Shown piece after piece: positions 31,139-40,326 of a stretch of DNA of 58,080 nucleotides. Each line of letters begins with the position of its first letter. Within the stretch, counting starts at the first letter, position 1. Source of the stretch: a bacterium (GTDB lineage Bacteria > JAMCPX01); assembly GCA_037439545.1 (NCBI GenBank), contig JBBIVV010000012.1, positions 1 to 58,080 of the forward strand. Reading direction: 5' to 3'. The notes beneath the pieces were generated by a model. That model saw only the letters and a program-made list of their open reading frames with translations, did not search any database and was not told the origin of the DNA. The position numbers and the translations under genes were made by a program.

Positions 31139-32824
31139 ATGAATACTTTCGAAGGACAACTTCTCGCAAACAGGTACCTGATTAAAAAGGAATTAGGCAG
31201 GGGCGGTATGGCTATCATCTATACCGGGACCGATACTATTTTAAAGCGCGAGATAGCGGTAAAAATTCTCTACCCCCAGTTTATATCCGACAGCAGCCTG
31301 TTACAAAGGTTCGTCAATGAAGCCCGGATCATAGCAGAACTGAACTATAAAAACATAGTCTCTTTATACGATATAAGCGAACATGAGGGCGTACCGTTCC
31401 TGATCCTCGAGTATGTGCACGGGGAAGACCTGCGCAGACTGTATGACAGATTATACGATAAAGTTAAGAAACCATCATTGGAAATAGCCCTCATCATTGC
31501 ATATATAGTTTGCGATGCTGTTGCGCATGCCCATGCTCATGGGATTGTACACAGGGACATTAAGCCGGAGAATGTGCTGATCAGCGGACATGGAGATATG
31601 AAGATTACCGACTTCGGCCTTGCCCATATACTCACGGATACGAGGATTACGATAACCGGGGCTGCCATAGGCTCGCCTGAATTCATGTCGCCGGAGCATA
31701 TCAATTCCAGCAATATCAATGCTGCTTCCGATGTATTCTCACTCGGTTCCCTTCTCTATTGGCTCATAACCGGAGCGTCTCCGTTTTATGCCGACAACAC
31801 AATGTCGATACTCAATAACATATCCAGGAATAATTATAAGCCTATCAGTACAGGGACAGGTATCGATGACTGGATTGCCGGGATCATTCATACGTGTCTT
31901 CAACCGAAACCTGAAGACAGATACGAAGACGCATCTCGGCTCAGCGCTGTGCTGAACGACGCTCTTCATGGATTTACGTCGGACCCGTACGGTGCATTTC
32001 ATGCTTATATCCATGAACCGGATAAAACAGCCCTTGAACTTCTCAGAAAACACAACAGTATGCGGTATAATAACGCTGTTTCTTACATAAAATCAAACAG
32101 GTTTGAGAAAGCACTTTCCACGATAGGCATAATGCTTGAAACAAATAGTGGACAAGATGCCCAGCCAACAAAAGGTGACGGCAATTCAGACGCAGTCAAA
32201 TTACTGAAAGCACTGAAATACAGCAGATATAAGAGATGGGCTTACAGCGCTGTGGAGGTGATTTTTGTCATACTTGCGGTAATGCTCATGGCAAGAGAGG
32301 AATACATTGAAGCACCGGCAAGACTGCGTGTTCTCCAGCCGGGTCATGTGAATATTACTCGGAATCAAGCGACTCACCAACTATCAAAAAATGTCATTAC
32401 GGGGAATGAGATTCCTCCTCTGTCAACGCGAGGGACGGAGTCCCAAAGCAATCCCGAGGCAGACTCGCGGAAGTCCCCTCGATCTTTAGCCATTCACGAT
32501 GACAAAAAGAATGTCCTCCAAAATCTCCCTCTCACAAACCCCATGCCAAAGCCTGTGCCAATACCTTTACCGAAGCCTTTGCCGAAGATTGTTCAGCAAC
32601 AGGCAAAAACAGATACCGGCAATCTTGAGCTCATTACCTACCCGTGGGCAATGGTATTTATAGACGGAAAGTATGCAGGTGAAACCCCGAGGTTGAAGAC
32701 TTTATCCCTGAGTACGGGAAAGCACGAACTCTATATTATGAATCCTTATCTTAAGCCGTTTTCAGAAACAATCACTATACACGCAGATCAGACTTTTACC
32801 AAAAGAATAAATCTCAACGAGTGA
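31139..32824 (+). CDS. Hanks-type Ser/Thr protein kinase with TM helix, Pro-rich linker and C-terminal PEGA-like domain
   Basis: LGRGGMA, AVK, HRDIKPEN, DFG, GSPEFMSPE, DVFSLG; TM near aa 370-390; PWAMVFIDGKYAGETP. Confidence 0.93.
   Translation: MNTFEGQLLANRYLIKKELGRGGMAIIYTGTDTILKREIAVKILYPQFISDSSLLQRFVNEARIIAELNYKNIVSLYDISEHEGVPFLILEYVHGEDLRRLYDRLYDKVKKPSLEIALIIAYIVCDAVAHAHAHGIVHRDIKPENVLISGHGDMKITDFGLAHILTDTRITITGAAIGSPEFMSPEHINSSNINAASDVFSLGSLLYWLITGASPFYADNTMSILNNISRNNYKPISTGTGIDDWIAGIIHTCLQPKPEDRYEDASRLSAVLNDALHGFTSDPYGAFHAYIHEPDKTALELLRKHNSMRYNNAVSYIKSNRFEKALSTIGIMLETNSGQDAQPTKGDGNSDAVKLLKALKYSRYKRWAYSAVEVIFVILAVMLMAREEYIEAPARLRVLQPGHVNITRNQATHQLSKNVITGNEIPPLSTRGTESQSNPEADSRKSPRSLAIHDDKKNVLQNLPLTNPMPKPVPIPLPKPLPKIVQQQAKTDTGNLELITYPWAMVFIDGKYAGETPRLKTLSLSTGKHELYIMNPYLKPFSETITIHADQTFTKRINLNE
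32392..32504. repeat. Degenerate GTCATTGCGAG...AAGCAATC...ATGACA-type palindromic element in-frame in the kinase linker
   Basis: TGTCAT...ATGACA termini; internal TGTCAACGCGAGGGACGGAGTCCCAAAGCAATCCC with GGGAC/GTCCC hairpin. Confidence 0.5.
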
Positions 32825-32829
32825 TATGG

Positions 32830-33768
32830 TCAAATATTGTTTTCGCTGAGTTCAGTGCCTGTCATCGCAAGGAATGCATCCTCGAGGTTCGGCGGACGTC
32901 TTAAAGGATAAGAAAGTGGGAAAAGCTCTGTCAGTTTCCTGTGAATTGCGAGTACATCGTCGAATTTCTCCGGTATGATCAGACCGAACTTGCTTGAAAA
33001 TTCGTGCGTGAATCTGAATCCCTCCAATGCATGAAGCATATCCGAGAAATTAATTCCGTTATCTGCTTTTACCTCTATAATGTCCGTAGGATAATGCGAC
33101 AAGATAATACGCTGGGGAGTGTCCACAGCCATTATGTTTCCGTCATGCATTATCATGACCCTGTCGCACAGCTTCGTTACCTCTTCCATGTAATGAGTGG
33201 TTAAAAGGATTGTAATACCCTGTTCCTTTATTTGTAAAAGCTTGTCCCATGTATGGTGCCGTGCCTGAGGATCGAGTCCTGTCGTGGGTTCGTCAAGTAT
33301 AAGCAGGGAAGGATCATTCACAAGACCACGTGCAAGGGTAAGCCGCCGGCGCATACCTCCCGATAGATCCATTACATTATAATTTCTGTTCTGGTTCAGA
33401 TCGAAAAAACTCAAAAGTCCGGTTATTTTTTGTTCGGTAGTACCGCCGAAATAACTCGCGTATATTAAAATATTTTCATAGACGCTGAGATCGGGATCAA
33501 GACTGTCATCCTGGGAAACAACACCCATAACCTGCCTTATTTCCCTCGAATGCGTTTTTACCTCTTTACCAAATATGTACAATTCACCGTCGTCGATTAT
33601 GCATTTACCCGTCAGCATGTTGACCGTCGTCGTCTTTCCGGCACCGTTCGGCCCTACGATGCCGAACACCTCGCCTTTCCCTACGTTAAAACTAATCCTG
33701 TTCACAGCCGTCTTATCACCGTATTTCTTGAACAGATTGGTCGCTGCGATCAGCAGTTCTTCACTCAT
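32830..33768 (-). CDS. ABC transporter ATP-binding protein (NodI/DrrA-like exporter)
   Basis: [55 protein letters not shown]. Confidence 0.9.
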   Translation of the reverse strand: MSEELLIAATNLFKKYGDKTAVNRISFNVGKGEVFGIVGPNGAGKTTTVNMLTGKCIIDDGELYIFGKEVKTHSREIRQVMGVVSQDDSLDPDLSVYENILIYASYFGGTTEQKITGLLSFFDLNQNRNYNVMDLSGGMRRRLTLARGLVNDPSLLILDEPTTGLDPQARHHTWDKLLQIKEQGITILLTTHYMEEVTKLCDRVMIMHDGNIMAVDTPQRIILSHYPTDIIEVKADNGINFSDMLHALEGFRFTHEFSSKFGLIIPEKFDDVLAIHRKLTELFPLSYPLRRPPNLEDAFLAMTGTELSENNI

Positions 33769-33795
33769 TATTAATCCTCATCCATCCGGCTGTAC

Positions 33796-35022
33796 TTATG
33801 CTCCGAACTTTTTCAGCCTCATGCCATGCGCCAGCATTAAAGGCATGATATCCGTCGAATGAAAGATACCGAGCTCGCCTTTAAGGCATTCACGTTCTGT
33901 AAAAGCATCGGATGTCTCGCCGAAGACATACCTGCTCATCAACAGCACCGGCACAGGATGCCAGCTATGCCCTTTTATAAGTGCCGGGGTTGAATGATCC
34001 CCGGTTATGGCAAGTACATCGGGATTCAGGGATAAAATGCCGGGCAGATTTGCATCGAATTCTTCTATTACCTTACGTTTACCCTCAAAGTTGCCGTCCT
34101 CACCGTTTGAATCGGTCTTTTTTATGTGCATATAGAAGAAATCGTATTTGCCGTAATTTTCCTTCAAGGCCTGTATTTCTTCTGCAATGCCGCCGTTTAC
34201 CTTTATTGTATCCATGCCAAGCAGTTTTGTAAGACCGAGATACATGGGGTATACTGCAATGGCGAGGGACTTCAATCCATACACCGTATTGAATTTTGGT
34301 ATTTGCGGTACGGCTGAAAAGCCTCTTAAAAGTATATAATTCGCTTTATCCTGGTCCTTCAGTATCTTACCTGCCTTATCTACAAACTGAAGTGCAATGT
34401 CGGCAACATGTTTTGCGGATGCGTTTGACGGTAATGGTTTTACAGGCTCCAGTCCTTCTTTCTGAGGATCAGTGTCCTCTATTGTATCTGCACCCCTGTC
34501 AACCGGATAAGGGAACCTCAGGACAAGGGCGAACCGGTGTTCCATGCCCGGAAGCAGGATTACCTGCGCGTCATCTATCTGCTTTATCTGCTCCTGCAGC
34601 ATTTCCGTAATCTTTTTGCTCCGGTCTGTCGGTATCCTGCCTGCCCTTCTATCCTTTATTATAATCTTTGAGCCTTCATGAACTGCCGTTGCATAATTGC
34701 ATCGTATAGCTATATCATTCTCTGTAAGATGAATACCCATGCCGAGTGCCTCAAGCACCCCCCTGCCTATCTCCCATTCCAAAGGATTATATCCGAATAT
34801 ACCAAGGTGCCCGGGTCCGCTGCCCGGTGTAATGCCGTAAGCAACAGGCACCTGCAGGCCGCATGCAGAGCCTTTTGCAAGCAGTGACAGATTCGGTGAA
34901 TCGGCCTTTTCAAGTTCACTTGTTCCGGAAACAGGCAGACCGCCGACACCGTCAAGAACAATAAGAACAAGTTTTGTCGTGTTGGGTTCTATAAGGGGTT
35001 TTAGCAATTCCTGATTATTCAT
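33796..35022 (-). CDS. apgM: 2,3-bisphosphoglycerate-independent phosphoglycerate mutase (archaeal type)
   Basis: LDGVGG, TPGSGPGHLGIFGY, GRGVLEALG, DRRAGRI, KKTDSNGEDG, TGDHSTP, HSWHPVP. Confidence 0.95.
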   Translation of the reverse strand: MNNQELLKPLIEPNTTKLVLIVLDGVGGLPVSGTSELEKADSPNLSLLAKGSACGLQVPVAYGITPGSGPGHLGIFGYNPLEWEIGRGVLEALGMGIHLTENDIAIRCNYATAVHEGSKIIIKDRRAGRIPTDRSKKITEMLQEQIKQIDDAQVILLPGMEHRFALVLRFPYPVDRGADTIEDTDPQKEGLEPVKPLPSNASAKHVADIALQFVDKAGKILKDQDKANYILLRGFSAVPQIPKFNTVYGLKSLAIAVYPMYLGLTKLLGMDTIKVNGGIAEEIQALKENYGKYDFFYMHIKKTDSNGEDGNFEGKRKVIEEFDANLPGILSLNPDVLAITGDHSTPALIKGHSWHPVPVLLMSRYVFGETSDAFTERECLKGELGIFHSTDIMPLMLAHGMRLKKFGA

Positions 35023-36740
35023 GACTTCTCCTTTGTGTGCTGTGTTCCTGAATCCAGCTTAGCCAGCTCTTCCTTTTCCAGCACATTAAAGGCAACTTTG
35101 CCTACAAGCGTATGGGGCAGCTCGTTCCTGAACTCAATTTCCCTCGGGCAGCTCCATTTAATCAACTGCTTCCTGCAGTGTTCTATAATCTCCTGTCCCT
35201 TTTCGGGGCTTACCTTTGAAACGTCTTTCAATACCACAAAACCTTTGACACGCTGCACCTGCGCCTCATCTGGCACACCTATTACACAGGCTTCCTTGAC
35301 ATCAGGATGCTCGCAGATCACATTTTCGACCTGATGCGGGTAAACATTCATTCCGGAAGATTTAATCATCCTCTTATGCCTGAGCCTGAAATAGAAAAAA
35401 CCGTCCTTGTCCATGGTCCCGATATCGCCTGTGTGGAGCCATATATTCCCATCTGCGTGCTTCTTCAATGTATTCGCCGTCTCTTCAGGTTGATCGATGT
35501 ATCCGAGCATAACAGCAGGCCCGTTGACGCATATTTCTCCCTCTTCACCGGCAGGGACCTCTTCTGTTGTCCCTGGTTTGACAATCTTTGCGAGCATATC
35601 GGGGAAAGGTATACCAATGCTGTTTTCCCTGTACTCTGTAAGGGGCATTGCCATAATAGCGGTAACAGCTTCCGTTAAGCCGTACCCCTGCATCAGCTTG
35701 ACGTTCCCGCCCTGCTTCTTTACGGTCTGTTCAAAACGTTCTTTTACCTTTGATGTAAGCGAATCTGCACCGCTGAAGGTCGCTTTAAAGCAGGACAAAT
35801 CGGTTTTATTGAACACAGGGTCATGGGACAGAGCATCGAAAAGTGTCGGTACTCCGACTAAAAAGTTCGGCTTTACCGACTTGACCAATTTGGCAACGGT
35901 CTTCGGTGTAAACTGCGGAACAAGCACACTCTTGCCTCCGCCCATAAATGCCGCATTGACGCAAACCCCCAATCCGAATCCATGAAATATGGGAAGAATT
36001 GCTAAGATAGAATCTCCGCCTGACAGCCTCGCCCATTCGGTAACCTGCTTACCCTCACTGATGAAATTCATGTTTGAAAGCATGATGCCTTTCGGCACGC
36101 CCGTCGTACCGCCGCTGTATAAGATTGCCGCCATTTCATCCGTTCCCATGTCCGCTTTCTGTGCATGTGGATACGTGCCTCTCATCAGCTTATTCCACCA
36201 TACGACTCCCTGGTCATGCACCCGTGGGATCTCTCTGCCCTTTACAAGGTAGAAAGCTATCTTCTTCGCAATGCCGAGATAATCGGTGATACCGGTAAGA
36301 ATAACGGTTTCAAGCCGTGTTTTATCCCTTATTTCATGGAACTTGCGGTAAAACATATCGAGTGTGAGAGCGAACCTGCTTTTACTTATATTCAGGTACA
36401 TCTTGATCTCTTCAGGAGTCGACAGCGGATGGATCATGCTGGAGACAGCGCCCAGCTTGTTTACTGCATAGAAGCATATGATCCCCTGAGGACTTGTCGG
36501 CATTGAGATGGTAATACGGTCGCCTTTCTTTAATCCTAAGTTTGCGAGCGCATCTGCACATTGATCGATTTGCTGTGTGAATACTTTATAGGGAGCAGTG
36601 TATCCGAGAAAATCATAGGCAATGTCGTCGGGATGCTCCTGTGCAGTCTGCAGAACAGCTTCATACATGGTAACCCTGGGGTATGCAATGGTAGCAGGAA
36701 CATTACCGTAAAATTTTAGCCATGGCTTATTTTCATACAT
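35019..36740 (-). CDS. Acyl-CoA synthetase / long-chain fatty acid-CoA ligase (AMP-binding)
   Basis: YSGGTTGVPKG, LPIFHGFG, GYGLTE, WLHTGDIG, LPHTLVGK. Confidence 0.92.
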   Translation of the reverse strand: MYENKPWLKFYGNVPATIAYPRVTMYEAVLQTAQEHPDDIAYDFLGYTAPYKVFTQQIDQCADALANLGLKKGDRITISMPTSPQGIICFYAVNKLGAVSSMIHPLSTPEEIKMYLNISKSRFALTLDMFYRKFHEIRDKTRLETVILTGITDYLGIAKKIAFYLVKGREIPRVHDQGVVWWNKLMRGTYPHAQKADMGTDEMAAILYSGGTTGVPKGIMLSNMNFISEGKQVTEWARLSGGDSILAILPIFHGFGLGVCVNAAFMGGGKSVLVPQFTPKTVAKLVKSVKPNFLVGVPTLFDALSHDPVFNKTDLSCFKATFSGADSLTSKVKERFEQTVKKQGGNVKLMQGYGLTEAVTAIMAMPLTEYRENSIGIPFPDMLAKIVKPGTTEEVPAGEEGEICVNGPAVMLGYIDQPEETANTLKKHADGNIWLHTGDIGTMDKDGFFYFRLRHKRMIKSSGMNVYPHQVENVICEHPDVKEACVIGVPDEAQVQRVKGFVVLKDVSKVSPEKGQEIIEHCRKQLIKWSCPREIEFRNELPHTLVGKVAFNVLEKEELAKLDSGTQHTKEKS

Positions 36741-36790
36741 AAATATCTCCGTTTTTTTATGGATGCTTTCTAACAGAACAGGATTAAAAA

Positions 36791-36900
36791 GTAAACCCCG
36801 TGAGAAAGGACGTAGTTTTAAACCACGCCCTTTCTATAAGGAATTAAAAATTATCATATTATCCCCACCATAAATGGTGGGGCTTTTTCACGGGGTAAAC
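36791..36900. mobile_element. 110-bp non-autonomous MITE/REP-like element with terminal inverted repeats and two internal hairpins
   Basis: GTAAAC-CCCGTGAGAAAG ... CTTTTTCACGGG-GTAAAC; internal AGAAAGGACGTAGTTT/AAACCACGCCCTTTCT and CCCCACCA-TAAA-TGGTGGGG. Confidence 0.65.
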
Positions 36901-36907
36901 CGTTGGT

Positions 36908-37372
36908 TCAGTTCAGGTTGTAGAGGTTGTGCAGGAGGAGTTGCAGCAGGTCCTTGTATTCTAATGATATCCATGCAACGAGGGGGGTGAGGATTATTGC
37001 ACTCAGCAGGCTGTACAGGATCATGCGTTTCTTGTCAGCACCGAGTGTCTGAAATACGAGGACAACTGCAAATGTACCGAGCAAAAAGGGACCCAGTATT
37101 ACTGCATAGAAAAGCCCTTTACCCTCTATGAACCTGGTCAGTTTTTTACCCCTTTTCTTTTCTATGAACCGCTTTACCATGGGAATGTGCTCGAGCTCGT
37201 CCGTGAATACTATAATGACCGATGCCACTATAAAATTGCTGATGCCGGACACAATACAAACCCACGACAGCGGCAGTCCGAATTCAATACCGAGAGGGAT
37301 GGCAATCCCCCTGCCTGTGAAAGGGTTTATCGTCGTGAGGACGACCGCAAGCCATTTTTCAAAGGGGGTCAT
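36908..37372 (-). CDS. Small multi-drug export family membrane protein
   Basis: P...GRGIAIPLGI..GL motif, about four hydrophobic helices. Confidence 0.65.
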   Translation of the reverse strand: MTPFEKWLAVVLTTINPFTGRGIAIPLGIEFGLPLSWVCIVSGISNFIVASVIIVFTDELEHIPMVKRFIEKKRGKKLTRFIEGKGLFYAVILGPFLLGTFAVVLVFQTLGADKKRMILYSLLSAIILTPLVAWISLEYKDLLQLLLHNLYNLN

Positions 37373-37375
37373 TTT

Positions 37376-38419
37376 TTATCCCAGCACCGGAGTCCTGATT
37401 ATTCTGCCATAAAGCCCCTGTACGATACCGAACACCTCTTCGGGCTGGATTGCATCGAGACATTTCAGATTATACTTGCAATTGCGCGGTACGCATTTGC
37501 CGCATCCGGTGTCTTTCTTTATCCATATATGAAAAGGACTGTCCGGAGGCTCCCAGCTAACCGGATCACTAGGCCCGTGCACCGTTACTGTAGGCGTCCT
37601 CATTGCAATGGCTATGTGTTTTATGCCGTTATCATTGCCTACGTGCATATCGGCAAGTTTTATTATTGCTGCGAGTTCTTTTATAGTCCTGGTTTGCGGG
37701 GACAAGTGCGGTTTTTGTTTCATCATATACATGATTTGTTGAACATAGGTCTTCTCACCAGGGCCCCACAAAAAAACCACCTGAGCACGAAGAGTGCTTA
37801 TCAGCATATCAGCGAGTCTCGCAAACCTGCCGGCCGGCCACTGTTTATATGCCCTTCTGCTGACAGGTGAAACCGTTATCACAGGCCCGCGGGCATTTTT
37901 TATGCTCTTTATAAAATCGGATGCAAACCTGCCCGCTTCGTCGGGTATAAAAAGATCCAGTGCAAATCCATCACCGTCGATATAGAGGGCCCTGAGTAAA
38001 TCATATTTAAAGTCAACGCTGTACTTGGGTGCGGGATCCCTTTTTACCACGATATTGTAGGCGTACTTACGCAGCCTGAGATCATAACCGACCCTTCGTC
38101 TTGCATCTGAAAACCATGTAATAAATGCCGTTCTCGGATTACACAGATAATCAAGAACAATATGGAATCTTCTCTTTTTAATATTGGACAGGAACCGCTT
38201 ATATTCACCGACGGACATCGACTTATCGAGGAGCATTATCTCATCGAGATGGGGGTTATAGGTGAAGACATGATAGTTTTGAGGTGTCGTAAGAAATGCA
38301 ATATATGCACCGGGCAATGATTTTCTTATGCTTCTTATTACCGGAGTTGTAAGTAAATTATCGCCAATCTGACCGGTGTGAACGATAAGAACGCTTTTAG
38401 CTTCTTTTACTGATTCCAT
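37376..38419 (-). CDS. Glycosyltransferase family 9 (ADP-heptose:LPS heptosyltransferase-like)
   Basis: IGDNLLTTP, KQWP, GNDNGIKHIAIA, HGPSDP, C-terminal Cys cluster. Confidence 0.9.
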   Translation of the reverse strand: MESVKEAKSVLIVHTGQIGDNLLTTPVIRSIRKSLPGAYIAFLTTPQNYHVFTYNPHLDEIMLLDKSMSVGEYKRFLSNIKKRRFHIVLDYLCNPRTAFITWFSDARRRVGYDLRLRKYAYNIVVKRDPAPKYSVDFKYDLLRALYIDGDGFALDLFIPDEAGRFASDFIKSIKNARGPVITVSPVSRRAYKQWPAGRFARLADMLISTLRAQVVFLWGPGEKTYVQQIMYMMKQKPHLSPQTRTIKELAAIIKLADMHVGNDNGIKHIAIAMRTPTVTVHGPSDPVSWEPPDSPFHIWIKKDTGCGKCVPRNCKYNLKCLDAIQPEEVFGIVQGLYGRIIRTPVLG

Positions 38420-38449
38420 CTGTCATCCCCTGGTGTCTGTCCCGCGGGG

Positions 38450-39568
38450 TTACCCTTTCCTGCCTATAACTTCGGTGTAAAATAGTTCCGTAGATTCGGC
38501 GAATGAATTTGTCGAGAACTGCAGACTTGCAAGTTTATGTGCATTGTAGCTGAAAAGCTCCCTTGTTTCTTTACCCTTTAACAATTTAATGACAGCGTCT
38601 GCAAGCGCAACAAAATCGCCTTTCGGTATTACGAACCCTGTTTTCCCGTGATCGATCAGCTCTCCTACATTGCCGACATCCGATCCCACGACCGGCACAC
38701 CGCAGGCCATGTATTCGAGTGTGATGCGGGAATGATTTTCTGAACCGACAGAACTGACCACACCGACATCGAGGCAATTTATCAAACCCTCGATATCATC
38801 GACATAATCGAGGAACAACGTCTTATCGGTAATTCCCGCCTTTCCTGCCATATCCTTGAGGGCTTCCAGCACTACGGTATCATCGACACCTGCCGTGACA
38901 AAAAAGACATTCTTGATTTCTTCGTGAATAAGCTGGGCAGCTTTAAAAAATACATCGTGTCCTTTTACCGGCGAGCGCCGCGCTATGTTGCCGACAACCA
39001 AAGCATCGGCAGGTATAAGAAAGTTCTTTCTCTTCTCGCTTTTACCGTTCAGCGGCTTAAATCTGTTTATATCGACCCCTGCATGTATTATCTTTACCCT
39101 GTTCGACGGTATTTTTACGAATGAAAGCACTTCATTTTGATCCGCTTTGTTGGAAACTATGATACCGCTCAAGCTTGCGTATGAAAGCTTGTTTAGCGGA
39201 TGGTGCTTGATTTTTCTTGAATCGACGCGTGTCCTTATAAGCCTGAACCTCAAGTTAAAGAGAAGTTTTGCGACGACAAAGATGGTCTGTGCCTGGGCAG
39301 TATGAACATTGACGATCTGAACATCATTGTAGATAGTCCTGAATGCGCGCTTTATAGTAAAAAGATCTGAAATAAAATGCAGTGGCTTAAAGCTGAGCAT
39401 GGTTTCTGCCTGCAGGTTTAATTGAAGGGCTTTCCTGCAAGATGGCGTATCTTTCTCGCATACTATGATCGTGCGGTGACCTCTCTTCGATAAGGCATCC
39501 GTAATCGTAATGCAATACTCTGCAGCTGCATTCCACCACGGTACATTAATGACTTCGATTATCTTCAT
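38450..39568 (-). CDS. Glycosyltransferase family 4
   Basis: GVDINRF, RRSPVKGH, SENHSRITLEYMACGVPVVGSDVG. Confidence 0.9.
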   Translation of the reverse strand: MKIIEVINVPWWNAAAEYCITITDALSKRGHRTIIVCEKDTPSCRKALQLNLQAETMLSFKPLHFISDLFTIKRAFRTIYNDVQIVNVHTAQAQTIFVVAKLLFNLRFRLIRTRVDSRKIKHHPLNKLSYASLSGIIVSNKADQNEVLSFVKIPSNRVKIIHAGVDINRFKPLNGKSEKRKNFLIPADALVVGNIARRSPVKGHDVFFKAAQLIHEEIKNVFFVTAGVDDTVVLEALKDMAGKAGITDKTLFLDYVDDIEGLINCLDVGVVSSVGSENHSRITLEYMACGVPVVGSDVGNVGELIDHGKTGFVIPKGDFVALADAVIKLLKGKETRELFSYNAHKLASLQFSTNSFAESTELFYTEVIGRKG

Positions 39569-40326
39569 TTATCCGCCCTGGTTTCCCATGCCTTTGCATA
39601 TTTTATAAAAACATGAAAAGCAGAAACACATGCAGCTATGAATCCCTGCACTCCATCCAGAAAACCTTTTTTTATGAAGAACATCTTCACGAACATACCC
39701 GACGGATGGGTGAGCATATCGGAAATCTTTATTTCCCTGCCCGATTTGATGAGCTCCTGAGATGCTGAGTCCGTGAAGTAATCCAGTTTTTTTATATGGT
39801 GTGAAAGGTTCCTGAAAGAATAATGCAGTATATCATTATTCAATTCACAAACATTACCGTGAACAATCAATGCATCGTGCGGTTCAAGACCTCCCCATTT
39901 CCCCCCGCCTTTCCTGATGAGCCTCACCTTCCTGTCTGGATACCAGCCCGAGTGCAGCATCCATTTCCCAAGATAGTAAGTTTTTCTCGGCATGGAATAG
40001 GCCAGACACCCGTCATCTTCTGTGCTGACCGCCGACTTAATTTCAGTGATTAATTGCTCTGACAACTGTTCGTCGGCATCGAGAGAAAGCACCCAGTCTT
40101 TTGTCGCGAGTGTCAATGCATAATTTTTCTGAGGTATGAATCCATCCCATTTCCTTGTGAAAATCTTGTCCGTGTAAAGCCCGCATATCTCCACTGTCCT
40201 GTCGGTACTGAACGCATCGACAACGATGATCTCCTGTGCCCATGAAACAGAGTCGAGGCACCTCTTGATTCTGTCCTCTTCATTCTGCGTAACAATGGCC
40301 ACTGAAACTTCAGATTTTCGGCTCAC
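39565..40326 (-). CDS. Glycosyltransferase family 2 (KdtX/WaaE-like LPS core)
   Basis: QNEED.I..CL.SV.WA.EIIVVD..STD.T, WVLSLDADE, WYPD, GFLDG. Confidence 0.9.
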   Translation of the reverse strand: MSRKSEVSVAIVTQNEEDRIKRCLDSVSWAQEIIVVDAFSTDRTVEICGLYTDKIFTRKWDGFIPQKNYALTLATKDWVLSLDADEQLSEQLITEIKSAVSTEDDGCLAYSMPRKTYYLGKWMLHSGWYPDRKVRLIRKGGGKWGGLEPHDALIVHGNVCELNNDILHYSFRNLSHHIKKLDYFTDSASQELIKSGREIKISDMLTHPSGMFVKMFFIKKGFLDGVQGFIAACVSAFHVFIKYAKAWETRADK

